Assembly: GCA_965216325.1 (NCBI GenBank)
Contig: OZ244160.1
Location: forward strand, 640,001 to 704,000
Source of the DNA: Coraliomargarita sp.
Lineage (GTDB): Bacteria; Verrucomicrobiota; Verrucomicrobiia; Opitutales; Coraliomargaritaceae
Length of the DNA stretch: 64,000 bases
Direction of reading: 5' to 3'
Positions 1-16,043 of this stretch are shown here, piece by piece; position 1 is the stretch's first letter, and each line of letters begins with the position of its first letter. The position numbers were made by a program, and so were the translations under genes. Below the pieces are notes generated by a model that was not told where the DNA came from, did no database searches, and worked only from the letters and a program-made list of their open reading frames with translations.

Positions 1-1023
1 GCTTGGTGGTGGGGTCGGTGCATCTTTGTTTGCAGTAGTATTGCTGTTGTCGCGATTCACCTTGGCATCCTCTTCGCGGCCTTCTTCTTGGCCGCTGATA
101 ATGTTCTCAATGATTGGGACGACTTCTTCGGCTTTGGCTTGGCGGAGTGGGAACACTTCGCTGCTAGTCAATGGCGCGGCATCGACGTCGATGTTTTCGA
201 TGACGTCTTCTAGTATCGGCATATTGCTCGGGTGCGTGATGATGATGAGCTGGTTGCTACGTTCATCTGCAGTGACGCTGGTATTACCTTCAAGGTAGGC
301 TTTAAGCGGGCCTTGTATCAGATTTTCGATGCGGTCTTGTAGCTCGGTCGCTTGCACGTAGTTGAGTTTGACGAACTGGATGGTCTCTCGAATCGTTTGT
401 GCTTGGTCGGCTTCGCCTAGCACAGATTCGATGCGTTGTAGGTTAAGTAGGGCGTCTGTGATGAGTAGTGCATTGGACTTCGGGAAGATCACGACGCCGG
501 AATTCGGGGAGAGCAGGGGCGCAACGATGGCCGTGTTGGCCTCCTCCGCGACGAGGTAGTCGAGGGGGAAGAGTTTGGCGTAGATTTGTTGGCTTGGGGC
601 CATACTGAGCGTGCTCTCGGCGATCATTTGTGGCACGTGCCGGTTCACGTCGGTTGCAGGCACTGCTTTCATAAACTTGCCGCCCATGTCAGTGAGCATG
701 ACACCGTTGAGCGTGAGTAAACTTTCCAACGCGAGCACCGCTTCACTTTTGGTGAGTGGGCCGTTGGAATTGAAGTTAATTTTTACCTGGATGTCCTGAC
801 GGCGCAGAATGATTTTGCCGGTGATCGTTTCGAGCAGATTCAATACCTGCGAGGCGGACTCGTCCACTAGAATGAGTGTGCCAATCACTTCTTCCGGGGA
901 TTCGACTTGTGGCTCAAGCGGAACGATCGGCGCTGTCGGTGTGGGAACGGCGGGTTGTGCGAATGCGGGCCCGACGAGGAGACCGAGGGCGAGCAAAAGG
1001 GTGAGTGGGCGTAGGCGTTGCAT
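1..1023 (-). CDS. gspD: Type II secretion secretin, N-terminal part (runs off the window's left edge)
   Basis: Not in the ORF track; translated by hand from ATG at 1023: MQRLRPLTLLLALGLLVGPAFAQ (signal peptide), then LILVDESASQVLNLLETITGKIILR, FVKLNYVQATEL and VTADERSNQLII, typical of secretin N0/N1-N3 domains. Open to base 1 and follows the other gsp genes. Confidence 0.9.
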   Translation of the reverse strand, partial: MQRLRPLTLLLALGLLVGPAFAQPAVPTPTAPIVPLEPQVESPEEVIGTLILVDESASQVLNLLETITGKIILRRQDIQVKINFNSNGPLTKSEAVLALESLLTLNGVMLTDMGGKFMKAVPATDVNRHVPQMIAESTLSMAPSQQIYAKLFPLDYLVAEEANTAIVAPLLSPNSGVVIFPKSNALLITDALLNLQRIESVLGEADQAQTIRETIQFVKLNYVQATELQDRIENLIQGPLKAYLEGNTSVTADERSNQLIIITHPSNMPILEDVIENIDVDAAPLTSSEVFPLRQAKAEEVVPIIENIISGQEEGREEDAKVNRDNSNTTANKDAPTPPPS

Positions 1024-1142
1024 GGAAAGTTGAACCGTTAATTGACGTTAATGAACGTTAATTTTTTGTGGATGGCTTGGAATTCGTTGACGGTGTAAAG
1101 TTTGGTTTGGTGGAAGTCCGTGGCTGCTTTCTGATCTCTGGC

Positions 1143-1694
1143 CTATTGGCGTTTCAGTTCGAAGGAATTGATTTCAAAGCGGGCGTCGATTTCGGTCTCT
1201 TTATTACGGACCGGAGTTAGGGTGATTTTTTCGATGTTGATGTATGGGCTTTCGTCGCGAATACGGCTGTTGAAGTCAATGACTTGGCCGATGTCGATAC
1301 GGCGTAGGCGAACACGGATGTTGTGGTCGTCGAAGATTTCACCCTCACGGGTTTTGACTGGGTTGATCTCGGCTTTGGTGGCGAGGCCCACTTGGCGCAC
1401 GATGTCGTCGATACGACCGGCGAGCTGGGAGGCGGAGAAGGTCTTATTTGGCTCAACGCGTTCCAGAGCTTGTTGATATTCGGCTGTGATTACTTTTTCA
1501 ATATCGAGCCGTTCTTGTTGTTTCCTCAAGTAATACCCTGCATCAGAAAAATCCGATTTCCACTGGTTGCCTCGTTGGAGTAGGCTGTTGGTCCAGAGGA
1601 AGAGCATCACCAAAATAAAGAGAAGTGCGAGAAGCTTCTCACGCACACTCATACGCAGGAAGACCCGCCGTGCTATCGCGATTGCTTTACGCAT
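1143..1694 (-). CDS. gspM: T2SS GspM/PilO-like inner membrane platform protein
   Basis: SVREKLLALLF followed by one TM helix, a coiled coil and a ferredoxin-like C-terminus; lies after the gspL-like gene. Confidence 0.65.
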   Translation of the reverse strand: MRKAIAIARRVFLRMSVREKLLALLFILVMLFLWTNSLLQRGNQWKSDFSDAGYYLRKQQERLDIEKVITAEYQQALERVEPNKTFSASQLAGRIDDIVRQVGLATKAEINPVKTREGEIFDDHNIRVRLRRIDIGQVIDFNSRIRDESPYINIEKITLTPVRNKETEIDARFEINSFELKRQ

Positions 1695-2907
1695 TGTCGG
1701 CCTCCTCGGTCGGTGCGCTCTCGTCGGCTTCGGTGGTTACTTCGGCTGGCGGTTCTTCTGCTGGTATATAGCTCAGCTGCACCATAAAGGATGTTTTGGC
1801 TCCGGAGCGCTTGGAGTTGTCCTTAAGAATCTCAAACTGTCCGGTTTGCTTGAGCTGATTGATGTAATTGTTGAACTCGTTGATGCCTCCCGCGATACCG
1901 TCGATAATGGCTTCGTTCTGGCCCTCAATCGTTGCTCCGGTAAAGTAAATGCCGGGGGGGCGGATGTTATTCAGGGCGCGGAGCATGCTGATCGGCTGCA
2001 AATTGTTTTGTTCGATTTGCACTAGCTTGTTCTTCAATTCGTCGCGCTCGTTGATCTCGTCTACTGTCGGTTGCTGTGCTTTGATTTTCACTTCACGCTG
2101 CTCTAGTAGCACAGTGCTGCCGTAGTTAAGGCCTTCACCGATTAGTAGGAGTATTGCAAATATTGCGGCCCATGCAGTGATGCGGACCAGCCAGCTGCCG
2201 AGGCGGCGGGCATTACGCTCGTTCTTTTTGAACTCTTGGCTGCGCACATCGGCTTGCCAGAGCTGATCTTGTGTCGGGACGAGTTCAGTGTATTGAGTGT
2301 CCGCATCCGTTTCGCCGTGCTTGAGCGAATTATGAAAACGGAAGGTTGCCGAGCCATCTTCGTCGACGCTTTGGCTGGCGGGGAACAGTGTCACGCGGGC
2401 GGAGTCGTTGCTGAGTTGTGGTGCTTGTTGGCGCAGCTCTACGATGGTATCTTCAGAGTCCTCTTCTTGATCACATTTACGCACATTTGCGTAGGTCGGC
2501 ACGCTTTGGCCTTTGTGGAAGTGGAGGAGGCTGAGGCTGTTGGCTCCCTGCACGAGGACTTCGGTGTCTGTGGGGAAGAAGGTGCTGACCAGAGGCGCGA
2601 AGTCCGGTAGCACCCATGCGTAGCTGTTAATGTCCTCAAATCCGGCACGCTTCACGCAATCGCGATGTGCGGCGTAGAGCAGAATGCTGTCCGCCTCTTG
2701 GTCGTGCAGGTAGCCCCACAGCAGTTGCTCAATCGGGAAGGGGGAGCTCGCTTCGAGGCTGATTTCAGCAAAGTCGTTGAGTTCGTTGGTCTCGATGCCT
2801 GCCGGAATCTCGAGACGCTCCAAATAAAATAGATAGCCCGGCAAGGTGAGCGCTTGCTCGCCCTTGGTGGGGTCCATGAGGCTATCGAGTGAGAATCCGT
2901 TTTTCAC
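1687..2907 (-). CDS. gspL: T2SS GspL/PilN-like protein
   Basis: Cytoplasmic domain (EISLEASSPFPIEQL), one TM helix and a PilN-like periplasmic part (IRPPGIYFTG...IIDGIA); operon position. Confidence 0.65.
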   Translation of the reverse strand: MKNGFSLDSLMDPTKGEQALTLPGYLFYLERLEIPAGIETNELNDFAEISLEASSPFPIEQLLWGYLHDQEADSILLYAAHRDCVKRAGFEDINSYAWVLPDFAPLVSTFFPTDTEVLVQGANSLSLLHFHKGQSVPTYANVRKCDQEEDSEDTIVELRQQAPQLSNDSARVTLFPASQSVDEDGSATFRFHNSLKHGETDADTQYTELVPTQDQLWQADVRSQEFKKNERNARRLGSWLVRITAWAAIFAILLLIGEGLNYGSTVLLEQREVKIKAQQPTVDEINERDELKNKLVQIEQNNLQPISMLRALNNIRPPGIYFTGATIEGQNEAIIDGIAGGINEFNNYINQLKQTGQFEILKDNSKRSGAKTSFMVQLSYIPAEEPPAEVTTEADESAPTEEADNA

Positions 2908-2940
2908 GTTTTTGGTAGGAGTGCTAGTGAATCAAAGGGT

Positions 2941-5029
<2,089 letters not shown>

Positions 5030-5030
<1 letters not shown>

Positions 5031-5599
5031 TATCGGAAATCGCGGTTGCTCTCGAGCTCGTCCTTTTTATCGGCTAGCAGATCACTGCGTTCATCGGCTT
5101 CGGACCAAGTAGGACGTAGTAGGTAGAGCGTTTCGCTGTAGCTGTTGTCTTGGCCTTCTTCGGGCTCGCTAAATTGTATTCGGAGTTCGACTTGGAAGAG
5201 GTCGACGACGTTTGTGGCCTGGATTGTTGCCTCCCAAGAGGCTTCGCCATTACTGTAGGTTTCAATTCCGCCGCCGTCTTCGGCTGCCTCAAGCTCTGGT
5301 TCGAGGAGGAGTTGCATGCGCACGGTGCGGATATCGGCTTCGTAGTTGTCGTTACTGACGCCATGTTCTCGAGCAAGGAGAGCATTGGTGAAGGCTTGGC
5401 TGAGCACGACCGCTGCACCTGCAAAGATCGCGAGGGCGATCACGACTTCAATGAGTGTAAAGCCACGCGGTGAGGGTGGCTGGGGTGTTGGTTGTTGGGA
5501 GGTCGGGCTGGCGCGTCCCGCGCCGCATTGTGAATCTTGGCTAGGGATACGTGGTGCGCACCGAGGACGGTGCTGCGCTAGCTTTGGCGGCTCCATCAT
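5030..5599 (-). CDS. gspI: T2SS minor pseudopilin GspI-like
   Basis: [15 protein letters not shown] prepilin motif; ATGA overlap with the gspH stop. Confidence 0.8.
5502..5581. repeat. REP doublet inside the gspI leader
   Basis: GTCGGGCTGGCGCGTCCCGCGCCGCATT and an inverted arm reading CTAGCGCAGCACCGTCCTCGGTGCGCACC on the minus strand. Confidence 0.8.
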
Positions 5600-6096
5600 T
5601 CCGGTGCCCTCACTAGGTTGGAGAACGGGTCGAAGATCATGCGTTCGTCTGCACCGCTGCCATAATCAAGTTCGACGACAAATGGGCTGGAACTACGATC
5701 CGGTGCAAAGCGAACTTCGGTAGTTTCCATCTGCGTGCGCTCGGGGTCTTGTGGTGGACTTAGGCCCGCGCTTGCTGGCACCAGATAAAAGCGCACTTCA
5801 GCACTGCGCTCGGAACTGAAAGGTTCACCGAGTGGGAAGCTCTCACTATCTCCAGTGTCGCTGGCTATTTTCAAGGAGCCCGTCTCTGCGTCGTAACTCA
5901 GACTGGTGGTGCTGCGGCTCCGGGCTGCCATAAAGCGTGCTTCGCGGGTGGCTTGGAGTAGGATTTCGTCGGCCGGGACCTCATCGGTCCGTTCGGTCAT
6001 ACTGACGAAGTTCATGATGAACAGGCCCGTTACGGCAGCAATCAGCCCCAGCACGAGGCAGATTTCAATGAGGGTAAAGCCCGATGCGCGATGCAC
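5596..6096 (-). CDS. gspH: T2SS minor pseudopilin GspH-like
   Basis: [12 protein letters not shown] motif. GTG at 6096, just after the gspG stop, is preferred over the track's ATG at 6186, which would overlap gspG by 86 bp. Confidence 0.8.
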   Translation of the reverse strand: MHRASGFTLIEICLVLGLIAAVTGLFIMNFVSMTERTDEVPADEILLQATREARFMAARSRSTTSLSYDAETGSLKIASDTGDSESFPLGEPFSSERSAEVRFYLVPASAGLSPPQDPERTQMETTEVRFAPDRSSSPFVVELDYGSGADERMIFDPFSNLVRAPE

Positions 6097-6100
6097 CCGT

Positions 6101-6559
6101 TTACTCTGCCCAGTTGCCGATGTCGTCGCCGCCACCTTCTTTGCCGTCGGGGCCCCAAGACCACACGTCGTAGCCGCTGGCTCCATTGATGTTACGTGAT
6201 CCTGGGAATTTGTATTGATAGGGGTTCCCCCATGGGTCGATCGCTTGTTCTTTCAGGTAAGGGCCTTTCCACTTCTTCTCTTTACCCGATGGTGCTTTCA
6301 ACAGTGCGGCAAGCCCTTGTTCGGTATTTGGGTAACTGCCGGTGTCGATGCGGTAGGGGACGAGTGCCGAGTCGAGCGTGTTTTTGACAAAGGTTTGTGC
6401 GATCTTCTCCTGTTGACCTCCAAAGATGCCGCCTAAGTTGCCGATGGCGACAGTTGCCAGCACCGCGATCAGGGCGATGACGATCAAAATCTCGACCAAG
6501 CTAAAGCCACTCTTGCGGTGGTGCTTGCGTGAGGAACGTGGGTGTATGGAGGTCTGCAT
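6101..6559 (-). CDS. gspG: T2SS major pseudopilin GspG
   Basis: [47 protein letters not shown] and [20 protein letters not shown] at 6559 chosen as start. Confidence 0.95.
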   Translation of the reverse strand: MQTSIHPRSSRKHHRKSGFSLVEILIVIALIAVLATVAIGNLGGIFGGQQEKIAQTFVKNTLDSALVPYRIDTGSYPNTEQGLAALLKAPSGKEKKWKGPYLKEQAIDPWGNPYQYKFPGSRNINGASGYDVWSWGPDGKEGGGDDIGNWAE

Positions 6560-6648
6560 AATTGAGAAAAAGACTAGCTGCGGGGGCTCTTGTTCCGCTA
6601 GAAATGCCACTTTGGCGATCAAAAGTTGGTTACATTTGTGTGTCTAAG

Positions 6649-7077
6649 CTAGACACCTTCGGCACGCAGTCGCACGACTTCGTCATAAATTTCGGGGCTG
6701 AAGTATTGCTCGTCGTTCTGCACGGCCTTAATCGCCTGCTCGAGCTCTTCGAGACCGGAGATTTTGTTGATGAAGCCATCGGCCTTGCCCTTGACGGCTA
6801 TTTTAACGGTGGTCGGGGAGGTTTTGCCAGTGAAAATCAGGATTTTGATTTTTGGAAATTTGCGCTTCAGCAGATGTAAAATCTCTAGGCCGTTTACTTC
6901 CGGGAGCTGGATGTCGACGATTACCAGATCGGGCGCTAGCTCGAGGCATTTTTCAACGCCTTCGCCACCATCGCCGGTCATGCCGAGCACTTCAAGGTCA
7001 GGGAAGGAATTGGTGAAAAAGGTTGAGAGCAGAGTGCGGAGGATTTCTTCATCCTCAATGATGTAGACGGATTTCAT
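6649..7077 (-). CDS. Single-domain response regulator (NarL-type receiver, no HTH)
   Basis: IIEDE, DLVIVDIQLPEVNG, IFTG and GFINK; ends after YFSPEI without a LuxR HTH. Confidence 0.85.
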   Translation of the reverse strand: MKSVYIIEDEEILRTLLSTFFTNSFPDLEVLGMTGDGGEGVEKCLELAPDLVIVDIQLPEVNGLEILHLLKRKFPKIKILIFTGKTSPTTVKIAVKGKADGFINKISGLEELEQAIKAVQNDEQYFSPEIYDEVVRLRAEGV

Positions 7078-7268
7078 AGGCTCTATTTTAGGTGAAAAGT
7101 CGTTGATTTATCATTTGTAGGAAGTCACGAGTGTCGAGGGGTTTTTCGGCTTTCAACAAGAAAATCCGTTAGTTGTGAATGGCCTGTAAATTGGAAGCGA
7201 AGGGCACCTGCAGAATAGTCTCGCAGGTGGAGCGCTTAATGGCTTTCTAGCAAGGCTTTGACTTTTTT

Positions 7269-8279
7269 ATGACACTTGCGCTGATCAATCTTCCCTATGC
7301 TGATTACGGACTCTGGCTCTTGCTGGTGCTCTTGGTGATCGGCTTCGCGGGACTCACTTTTGGCGGGGATTATCTGACCAATGGTGCCGCTGCGATTTCC
7401 GTGAACATGAAGATTGATCCAATCGTGGTTGGTCTGACGGTGGTTTCGATCGCGACCTCGATGCCGGAGATGGCGACTTCGTTAATGGCAGCGAAAAGTA
7501 ATCCGGGCATCGCACTGGGGAATATTTTGGGCAGTAATATCGCCAATATCGGTCTTATTCTTGGCATTGCCGCGATCATCGCGCCCTTGAAGATCAATAT
7601 GCGCCTAATTCGTCGCGAGGTGCCGATCATGATCGGGGTCACTTTGCTGTTCAGCGAATTTGCGCTCGGTGGCGGGTTTCATCGCTTTGAGGGCTTTGTG
7701 CTCTTAGCGCTGACCGTCTTGTATCTGGTCTATGTGGTCCGTGGTGCGAAGAAAGAAGATTCGGAGTCGGTGGCCGAAGAGTTCGCCGAGGGTGCAGAGG
7801 AGATTCCTCAGAAGTCGACGCCGCTTGCGTTATCGCTGATACTTGTTGGTGGAGGGCTGTTGGCGCTGGGCGCTGATTTTCTGGTTGGCTCCAGTGTGGA
7901 GTTGGCCCTGCGCATGGGAGCGAGCGATCTCTTCGTGGGGCTGACGATTGTGGCGATTGGCACGAGCTTGCCTGAGTTGGCGGCTGCGGTTGCTGCGGTG
8001 CGGGCGGGGCACGGCGATATCTGCGCGGGGAATATCGTGGGGTCCAACCTGTTTAATATGCTGCTGATCGGTGGTGGTGTGTCGGCGTTTGCTGGGATGG
8101 ATGTGCGCGACGAGCTCTTGTTGATCGAATTTCCGGCGCTGGTGATTCTTTCAGCCCTGCTACTATGGATGTTTAAGAGCGGGCATATCGTGACCCGTCG
8201 CGAAGGAGTGTTCTTGCTTTTGCTTTACTTCAGCATTCTCTCCGTGTCCGCGCTCTCGCAGTTTGGTTATCTTTTCTAA
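7269..8279 (+). CDS. Ca2+/Na+ antiporter (YrbG/CaCA family)
   Basis: Two alpha repeats, SIATSMPE...GNILGSN and AIGTSLPE...GNIVGSN; about 10 TM helices. Confidence 0.92.
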   Translation: MTLALINLPYADYGLWLLLVLLVIGFAGLTFGGDYLTNGAAAISVNMKIDPIVVGLTVVSIATSMPEMATSLMAAKSNPGIALGNILGSNIANIGLILGIAAIIAPLKINMRLIRREVPIMIGVTLLFSEFALGGGFHRFEGFVLLALTVLYLVYVVRGAKKEDSESVAEEFAEGAEEIPQKSTPLALSLILVGGGLLALGADFLVGSSVELALRMGASDLFVGLTIVAIGTSLPELAAAVAAVRAGHGDICAGNIVGSNLFNMLLIGGGVSAFAGMDVRDELLLIEFPALVILSALLLWMFKSGHIVTRREGVFLLLLYFSILSVSALSQFGYLF

Positions 8280-8301
8280 TTTAATCTCAATCCGAAATCT
8301 C

Positions 8302-9879
<1,578 letters not shown>

Positions 9880-9899
9880 GCGCGCTGAATTCAAATTTC

Positions 9900-9935
9900 A
9901 AAGCCCCGCAGCCAAGTGCTCGCGGGGCTTTTTTA
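9900..9935 (+). terminator. Intrinsic terminator after gpmI
   Basis: AAAGCCCCGC...GCGGGGCTTT stem followed by a T run. Confidence 0.8.
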
Positions 9936-9938
9936 TAT

Positions 9939-9999
9939 GTAGCACAGTCGTCTCGCCTGTGCCCAGAGTTTGAATACACAGGCAAGATGCCTGTGCGAC
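9939..9999. repeat. GTAG-type REP doublet (REPIN)
   Basis: GTAGCACAGTCGTCTCGCCTGTGC plus an inverted arm, CACAGGCAAGATGCCTGTGCGAC, that nearly matches 30674-30696. Confidence 0.8.
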
Positions 10000-10001
10000 C
10001 T

Positions 10002-12530
10002 TTACCACTTCGCAGTCAGCGTGAATTCAAAACGGCGAGGCAGCTCGGCGTAAACCGAGTCGTTGCCATAGAGGCCATTGACCGCACCCCAGTTCTCTTC
10101 GTCGGTTGCATTCAATACATAGAGCGCGGCCTCCCAGCGGTCAGTGGCGTATTTAAAGCCCAAATCGACGGAGTATTGCCAAGGAATCTCGGCTGAGCGG
10201 AGTGGTTCGCCTGTTGCGGCGCCAAAAGCGTTGGTTGTGTATTCACCTGGAACGTTAAACGCCAAATCAATTTCAGAGGTGATGACCAGACCGAGGGTTG
10301 CAGAAAAATTCTCGGTAAATTGGTATGCGAGCAAGCCATTGATGATATGATTGGGCACGCCCGGAGTGTCGGCATCGTAGCCATCGTAGGAGTAAAAGTC
10401 GTTGATCGGATGGCTGCCGCCGCTGGAGGGGACCTCGTCGATTGGGGTGCGTGTCGCATTCAGTCCATTACGAGTGGTTGAATCGATATAACTATAGCCA
10501 GCAACAATGTAGAACTTTCTGGAAGGTTGGAAGTGTAGTTCGGTTTCAAAACCTTGCGCTTCGATTTCTTGGTCTGAGCCTTCGGCAACTTGCTCAGTGC
10601 GCGTTTGGTAGAAAATATTCGCGGTGAAGAACATCGTGTTGTCCAGCCAGGATGATTTATAACCAAACTCGTAGAGTTCGCTCTCGATGTCGAAGGCATC
10701 TTCGTTGAGCTTACCGTTGATGTTGTCGTAATTTGGGTCGCTTGGATCGCCACTATATTCCAATGGCACTCCACCACCTGCGCCGATGGGGATCGACTCA
10801 CTGTAGTTGTAATTGAAATACAGGCGCTGGACCGGAGTCAGTTCATAGACAAATCCAATATTCGCGTTGGGCACGAAATCGCCATGACTGTCTTCTGCTT
10901 TCTCCAGGTCGGAAAAGTCTTCGCCTGGGTTGGTTGTTTGTAGATAACGAATCATGCTGCTGAACATCGGGTCAGCAGACTCGACGTATACATAATCGAG
11001 ACGCCCGCCGACTAGTACTGATAGACGCTCATTCAGATCAACTTGATCCTGTAGGAAGATGCCCGCGGCTGTTGTTTGCGAGTCATTGGAGTCGCCGTTG
11101 CCCAGCACGAATCCGGTAGGTGTTAGATAGCTGGAGGTGGTTGAACCAGGGCGCCCCAGTGTCAGACGGCCGCGGGCACTTTCGCCGGAAATGGGGAAGG
11201 CATTATAGAAGCCGCCAGAGCTGAAGACTGATGCGTCGGTGACGCCAATGTCGCTGTAGCTTTGGTTTGCCAAATCCCATGCATTGGCAGGTTCGTGGTA
11301 GAAGTCGTTGACGGCCCAGATGTCTTGATAGCTGAAGGCCGCACCTACATTGAGGTTGTGCAGAAAGCCTAGGAGTTCTTGGCTGGTCTGCACTTCGGTG
11401 CGATTTTCGAAGCGCCAGTTGTCGCGTAATACTTCACTGTATTGATACGCACTGTAAGTGTCGCGATCTAGGTATTGAAAGAGCGAATTGTTGAGGATCT
11501 TTAGGTCGCTGTCTGGGGTGAAGCTTTGAATCGCTTGAAAGGAGACATAGTCTCCTTCAGAGTCATCACCTGCGCCGTGGAGACGTGCTTCACGGTCGAT
11601 TTCAACGATGCCATCGGTATTGACTATATCAAAGAATCCAGTCGGCGGATTTCCTGCAGGAGCCGTGAAGCCGTCTTCCGCTCCTCCGGTAACATAGCGG
11701 TTATGATCGATTAGATCCTGGGTGGGGCGGTTGATGCCCCAATTCTCGGTGTAATCAGCATAGAAGTATTCGCCGATGAGTTCGAGCTGGTAGCGTTCAT
11801 TGGGCTGCCAGTCGAGTGCGCCGTAAAAGGCAAAGGTTTTACGCTTAAAGTCATCCCAGTAGTAGTCGTCGGTATCTTCGCCGGTGATGCTGACGCGCAT
11901 GGCAGCGGTGTCGGAGAGGACCCAATTCTGATCGATATTGGCTTTGCGCAGGCCCTCCGTGTCGGCGGTGATGCTGGCTTGGCCTTCATTGGTCCAGGTG
12001 GGGCGTTTCGTGATGAGGTCGGTGTAGCCCCCTACGTATTGAGAAACGCCGACCATGACGGACGGTGGGCCTTTGAGTATGTTGACCGATTCGACCGAGT
12101 TCATGTTCAAGGGCAGGCCGTTGCCATTGCTGGTCATCCCTTTGCGCATACCGTTGAGTAGTGTGTCAGCGACTTGACCCCGAATGCTGGGAGTCGTGGG
12201 TGCGCCGAAGTTGGATCCGGAATAGCTGGAAGTCGTTAGCTTGGTGAAGTCGCGGGGGTCTTTGAGGCTGATGGCTTCCAGTTGCGTGGGGGAAATGATC
12301 GTGATGTTGCGTGGGGTGTCGAGAATACCCATCTCATTGCCGTAAACGGATGAAAACAGGTGGTCATTCGGCAGTACGCTGTAGTCCGGACTATGCTTGG
12401 AAGTGACGATGTATTCCTCGAGTTCGTAGACGAGTTCCTCTTCACTGGAGGATTCCGTATCTGCTCCTAGGGCAAATGGCAGCGCTGCGGCAGTGATCAA
12501 CGCGGTAAAGGTCTGTCGTAGTGGGCTCAT
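10002..12530 (-). CDS. TonB-dependent receptor
   Basis: Signal peptide; LEEYIVTS TonB-box region; DTPRNITII and ESVNILKGP plug motifs; barrel ending in FEFTLTAKW. Confidence 0.93.
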   Translation of the reverse strand: MSPLRQTFTALITAAALPFALGADTESSSEEELVYELEEYIVTSKHSPDYSVLPNDHLFSSVYGNEMGILDTPRNITIISPTQLEAISLKDPRDFTKLTTSSYSGSNFGAPTTPSIRGQVADTLLNGMRKGMTSNGNGLPLNMNSVESVNILKGPPSVMVGVSQYVGGYTDLITKRPTWTNEGQASITADTEGLRKANIDQNWVLSDTAAMRVSITGEDTDDYYWDDFKRKTFAFYGALDWQPNERYQLELIGEYFYADYTENWGINRPTQDLIDHNRYVTGGAEDGFTAPAGNPPTGFFDIVNTDGIVEIDREARLHGAGDDSEGDYVSFQAIQSFTPDSDLKILNNSLFQYLDRDTYSAYQYSEVLRDNWRFENRTEVQTSQELLGFLHNLNVGAAFSYQDIWAVNDFYHEPANAWDLANQSYSDIGVTDASVFSSGGFYNAFPISGESARGRLTLGRPGSTTSSYLTPTGFVLGNGDSNDSQTTAAGIFLQDQVDLNERLSVLVGGRLDYVYVESADPMFSSMIRYLQTTNPGEDFSDLEKAEDSHGDFVPNANIGFVYELTPVQRLYFNYNYSESIPIGAGGGVPLEYSGDPSDPNYDNINGKLNEDAFDIESELYEFGYKSSWLDNTMFFTANIFYQTRTEQVAEGSDQEIEAQGFETELHFQPSRKFYIVAGYSYIDSTTRNGLNATRTPIDEVPSSGGSHPINDFYSYDGYDADTPGVPNHIINGLLAYQFTENFSATLGLVITSEIDLAFNVPGEYTTNAFGAATGEPLRSAEIPWQYSVDLGFKYATDRWEAALYVLNATDEENWGAVNGLYGNDSVYAELPRRFEFTLTAKW

Positions 12531-12533
12531 TGA

Positions 12534-15500
12534 TTATTGGTTCAGTTCGTTTAGTGCTTGCTGAATCTGATCACGAAGTTGACGACTTTTTTCAATGTCG
12601 ATGCGGTTGCAGTATTCTTGGATCAGATCACAAAGGCGTTCTAACTCTTCAATCTGGTGAAGCTTGTTTAGATGTTGGAAGGTGTCGACATGCTTGCTGA
12701 GACGGTTGCTGTCGAGGACAGTTAAGGCTGCGAGCAAATCATTCTGGAAGGTGTGGATTAATTGTGCTCCTTCCGCTTGGCTGAGTGACTCATGTTGAAT
12801 AATCCTGAGTAACCACTGCGTATCGGATTTTCCGACTGCTGAGCCTGAATTCACGTTGCTGTGAGACACGAAACCCTCGACTGGTTCGACTTTATACGTG
12901 GCGTCATCACAGATCTCTAACTCAGGGAAGTCGACGGTGAAGGTCGATCCGCTTCCCAGTTTGCTCTCTACTTGAATCGTGCCCTTCATCATCTCGATGA
13001 GTCGCTTCGAGATCGAGAGACCCAGTCCAGATCCAGTTTCATTGCGCTTGTAGTCTCGACTCGCTTGTTCAAACGCATTGAAAATGTGGGTAAGCATATG
13101 AGTGGGGATGCCATCTCCGGTATCTGTGACGCTAAAGCGTATATGCGCATGGCTAAGCGTTTGGTGCATCAGTTGTAGCCTGACGATGATCGTGCCATTG
13201 TCGGTAAACTTAATCGCATTTCCGACCAGATTCAGAACGATCTGCCTAAACCGGGCCGGATCAATCTCGATGAGGTTCGGAATTTCCGTGTCCATTTGTA
13301 GATCGAGAGTCAGTGCCTTCTCTTCGATTTTAGGGCTCAGCATCTGCAAGCTCTCGCTGCATTCGCTGATGAGGTTGCTGGGGCGTGGATAAAGAGACAG
13401 CTTGTTGGCTTCAATTTTTGAGAGGTCCAACAGGTCATCAATCATGTGCAGTAAGGTTGAGCCAGATTTGAGGATCGTGTTTAGGTAATCTTGGTGATGG
13501 GGCTCGCTGATTTCTGCACGAAGGATGTCGGTGAAACCGATGATTGAATTCATCGGTGTGCGGATTTCATGGCTGATATTCGCGGTGAATTCACTCTTTA
13601 AGCGGTTGGCCGATTCTGCGTGTTCCTTGGCAACCGCGAGTTCCTCACTCTGACGTTTAAGTTCATGTGTACGGGATTCGACCAGTCGCTCCATGTGTAG
13701 TCGCTGGCGTCGTGAGGCCTGTAGTCGCAGGAAGTTCGTCAGGTAGCCGATCACCAAGAAGACGAAGGCTGTCAGTATATAGAAGTAAAGGGTTTGGTGG
13801 AAGTAGGGTTGGACCTTGAATTTGAAACGTGCGGTGCTGGAGGCTGTTTCACTGTCCACTGAAGGCGCGATACTGACCTCAAAGATGTATTCGCCTGGAG
13901 GCAGATTTGTATAGAGTGCTTCTCTGCGTGAACTCACACGCCAGTCTTCGAAGCCTTTAAGGCGATAGTTGAAGGTTACTCGATCGCTGGACTGATAGGC
14001 GGGGGCGGTGTATTTGATGCTTAGGTAGCGTAGACCAGGAGCAAAGTGTGTGGTCGCTTGCTCTCGCCCTGCGCTAGTTGGAATGGATTCGTCATTGGCG
14101 ATGACTTCGTCGATGATAACGGTTGGCATGTAGCGCTGTTGAAGCGTGCGCTCAGGTTCAATTTTAACAACGCCGCCACTGAAGGGCACCCAAAATGCGT
14201 CGCTGGTGGCATACGCTGCGGAAAGGGCGGTCACGTTATTCGAGGGAAGGCCGTCTGTCTTTAGGTAACTATGGTATGGGATCTCGCTGAAGCTTGTATT
14301 GCTGAATACATACTCTTTGGGGATCTGAAAGAGGCCTGCATTGGTCGAGAGCCAGATGCTTGTGCCATCGTTCCAAACGTGAAAGATGTTAACGTGCGGA
14401 AAAACACCGGTCAGGTCATAGACATCGAACTTACCGTCACGTATTCTGAAGAAGCCACCGCTATAGCCGCCCCAGATTATGCCATCGTTATCTTTGAAAA
14501 GGTGAAAAATGGTGCTACTGCCGATCGTGCTCTCTGCACTGAAGTGTTCAATCACACCATCTTTATAGGTGCAGAGTCCACCGGATGCCATCGAGAGCCA
14601 GAGTGTTTCCTCGTTGTCAATGAAGAGAGATAACACGATATTGGAACTGAGCCCTTGCTCTACGGAATACTGTGTGAACTCGGTGCCGTTATAAATACAA
14701 AGCCCGAAATAAGTGCCCAGTGCGATACTGCCATCAGGTAATTGAACCATATGGAAGATAGTATCGGAAGACAGACCGTCTGCTTGCGTATAGCGCGAAA
14801 AGGTGCCGTCTTTGTATTCGTAGAGGCCTTGGCCGTAGCTAGCGAAAAATAAGTGATCGGGGCGCAGCTCGATGATGTCCGTTACATCGATCCCTCTTAG
14901 TGCCGGGTAGACCGTTTCGAGTTGATCGCTTTCTGGGCTAAGCTGTATGACGCCCTCGGTTGTCCCAAATAAGAACTTGTTGTTTTGAGTGGGCACGATG
15001 CAACGAGCAGCTCCCCGAGTGAGTCCGTGCTGTTCGGTGTATGTTTTGAAGACGCGCTTGAGTAAAATCTTCAAGCCGTTGTTGAAGGTGCTGTAGGCGA
15101 TGCTGCCTTCAGGCGTTTGCGTTATAGAGAAAATGTGATCGGCATCCTGATTGGGTGTGTCGGGTAAGCGCTCAATCAGCCCTTGATTGAAGCGGAACAT
15201 GCCGTTCTGTGTGCCGATCCAGACTGTGCCATTGGCTTCTGCCAGAAGGTCGCGCACTGGACCGCTTTCATAGAGTTCAGGGCTGCTATAGAGGGTCCAT
15301 GCCCCTTTATTGTAATGAAGTAAGTCATTGTCGCTGGAAATTGCCCAGACTGACCCTTCATTACCCTGCTCAAGTTCAACAATTCGATCAGATCGAGCCC
15401 CGAGCGTTTCCGTGCTGACGCGATTTGCTGTGCCATCAAAGATTCGATACAGCCCACTATCAATGTCTGCGATCCATAGACTCCGGTCATTCGCAAACAG

Positions 15501-16043
15501 AGCATTGTGAGGCGACAAGCCCTCGAGGCCTGAAATTTCAACGGATTGTATTTGATCGTCTACAATTCTGTAAAATGTGTTGCCGCCAAGGAATACCACC
15601 TCGTCGTCCCAGTCATTGAAGAGCGTGTAATCGACTACTTTTGTGTAGTCATCTGTATCCCCATGTGTGAGTTCGCCATTCTGGTAGCGAAACAGGACGC
15701 GGTGATTTGTATCGAATGCCCAAATGCGGTTCTGACTATCGATTTTGATATCAAAGGCACCCCCCCTGAGAGAGGGGAAATCTTGGTGGGTAATCGCTTT
15801 AAACTCTAAGCCGTCGTAGCGAATGAGTCCTTCAAAGGTGCCGATCCATAAGAAACCTTTCTGAGAGCTCTCCAAGTAGTTGAGCTGGTTCATTGGCAAG
15901 CCCTCATCAGTGGTGAGGGTCTTGATTAAATAGTCGCTTATCGGAGTGGTACGCTGACCGCTTAAAACATTCGCCGCTGCAATGGAGAGGACTGCGAGCA
16001 GTAGTATGTTTAGTATCGAATGAGTCTGGCGGAGAGTGAACAT
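12534..16043 (-). CDS. Sensor histidine kinase with periplasmic beta-propellers and Y_Y_Y domain
   Basis: Repeated DGLSS/WIGT propeller units, [13 protein letters not shown], a TM helix, [26 protein letters not shown] and GSGLGL; no clear receiver domain. Confidence 0.92.
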   Translation of the reverse strand: MFTLRQTHSILNILLLAVLSIAAANVLSGQRTTPISDYLIKTLTTDEGLPMNQLNYLESSQKGFLWIGTFEGLIRYDGLEFKAITHQDFPSLRGGAFDIKIDSQNRIWAFDTNHRVLFRYQNGELTHGDTDDYTKVVDYTLFNDWDDEVVFLGGNTFYRIVDDQIQSVEISGLEGLSPHNALFANDRSLWIADIDSGLYRIFDGTANRVSTETLGARSDRIVELEQGNEGSVWAISSDNDLLHYNKGAWTLYSSPELYESGPVRDLLAEANGTVWIGTQNGMFRFNQGLIERLPDTPNQDADHIFSITQTPEGSIAYSTFNNGLKILLKRVFKTYTEQHGLTRGAARCIVPTQNNKFLFGTTEGVIQLSPESDQLETVYPALRGIDVTDIIELRPDHLFFASYGQGLYEYKDGTFSRYTQADGLSSDTIFHMVQLPDGSIALGTYFGLCIYNGTEFTQYSVEQGLSSNIVLSLFIDNEETLWLSMASGGLCTYKDGVIEHFSAESTIGSSTIFHLFKDNDGIIWGGYSGGFFRIRDGKFDVYDLTGVFPHVNIFHVWNDGTSIWLSTNAGLFQIPKEYVFSNTSFSEIPYHSYLKTDGLPSNNVTALSAAYATSDAFWVPFSGGVVKIEPERTLQQRYMPTVIIDEVIANDESIPTSAGREQATTHFAPGLRYLSIKYTAPAYQSSDRVTFNYRLKGFEDWRVSSRREALYTNLPPGEYIFEVSIAPSVDSETASSTARFKFKVQPYFHQTLYFYILTAFVFLVIGYLTNFLRLQASRRQRLHMERLVESRTHELKRQSEELAVAKEHAESANRLKSEFTANISHEIRTPMNSIIGFTDILRAEISEPHHQDYLNTILKSGSTLLHMIDDLLDLSKIEANKLSLYPRPSNLISECSESLQMLSPKIEEKALTLDLQMDTEIPNLIEIDPARFRQIVLNLVGNAIKFTDNGTIIVRLQLMHQTLSHAHIRFSVTDTGDGIPTHMLTHIFNAFEQASRDYKRNETGSGLGLSISKRLIEMMKGTIQVESKLGSGSTFTVDFPELEICDDATYKVEPVEGFVSHSNVNSGSAVGKSDTQWLLRIIQHESLSQAEGAQLIHTFQNDLLAALTVLDSNRLSKHVDTFQHLNKLHQIEELERLCDLIQEYCNRIDIEKSRQLRDQIQQALNELNQ

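Noticed and set aside
6097..6186. Long gspH leader from ATG 6186
   Set aside because: It is the gspG 3' end read in another frame; GTG 6096 gives a normal short leader, so it is not a fourth REP-type leader.
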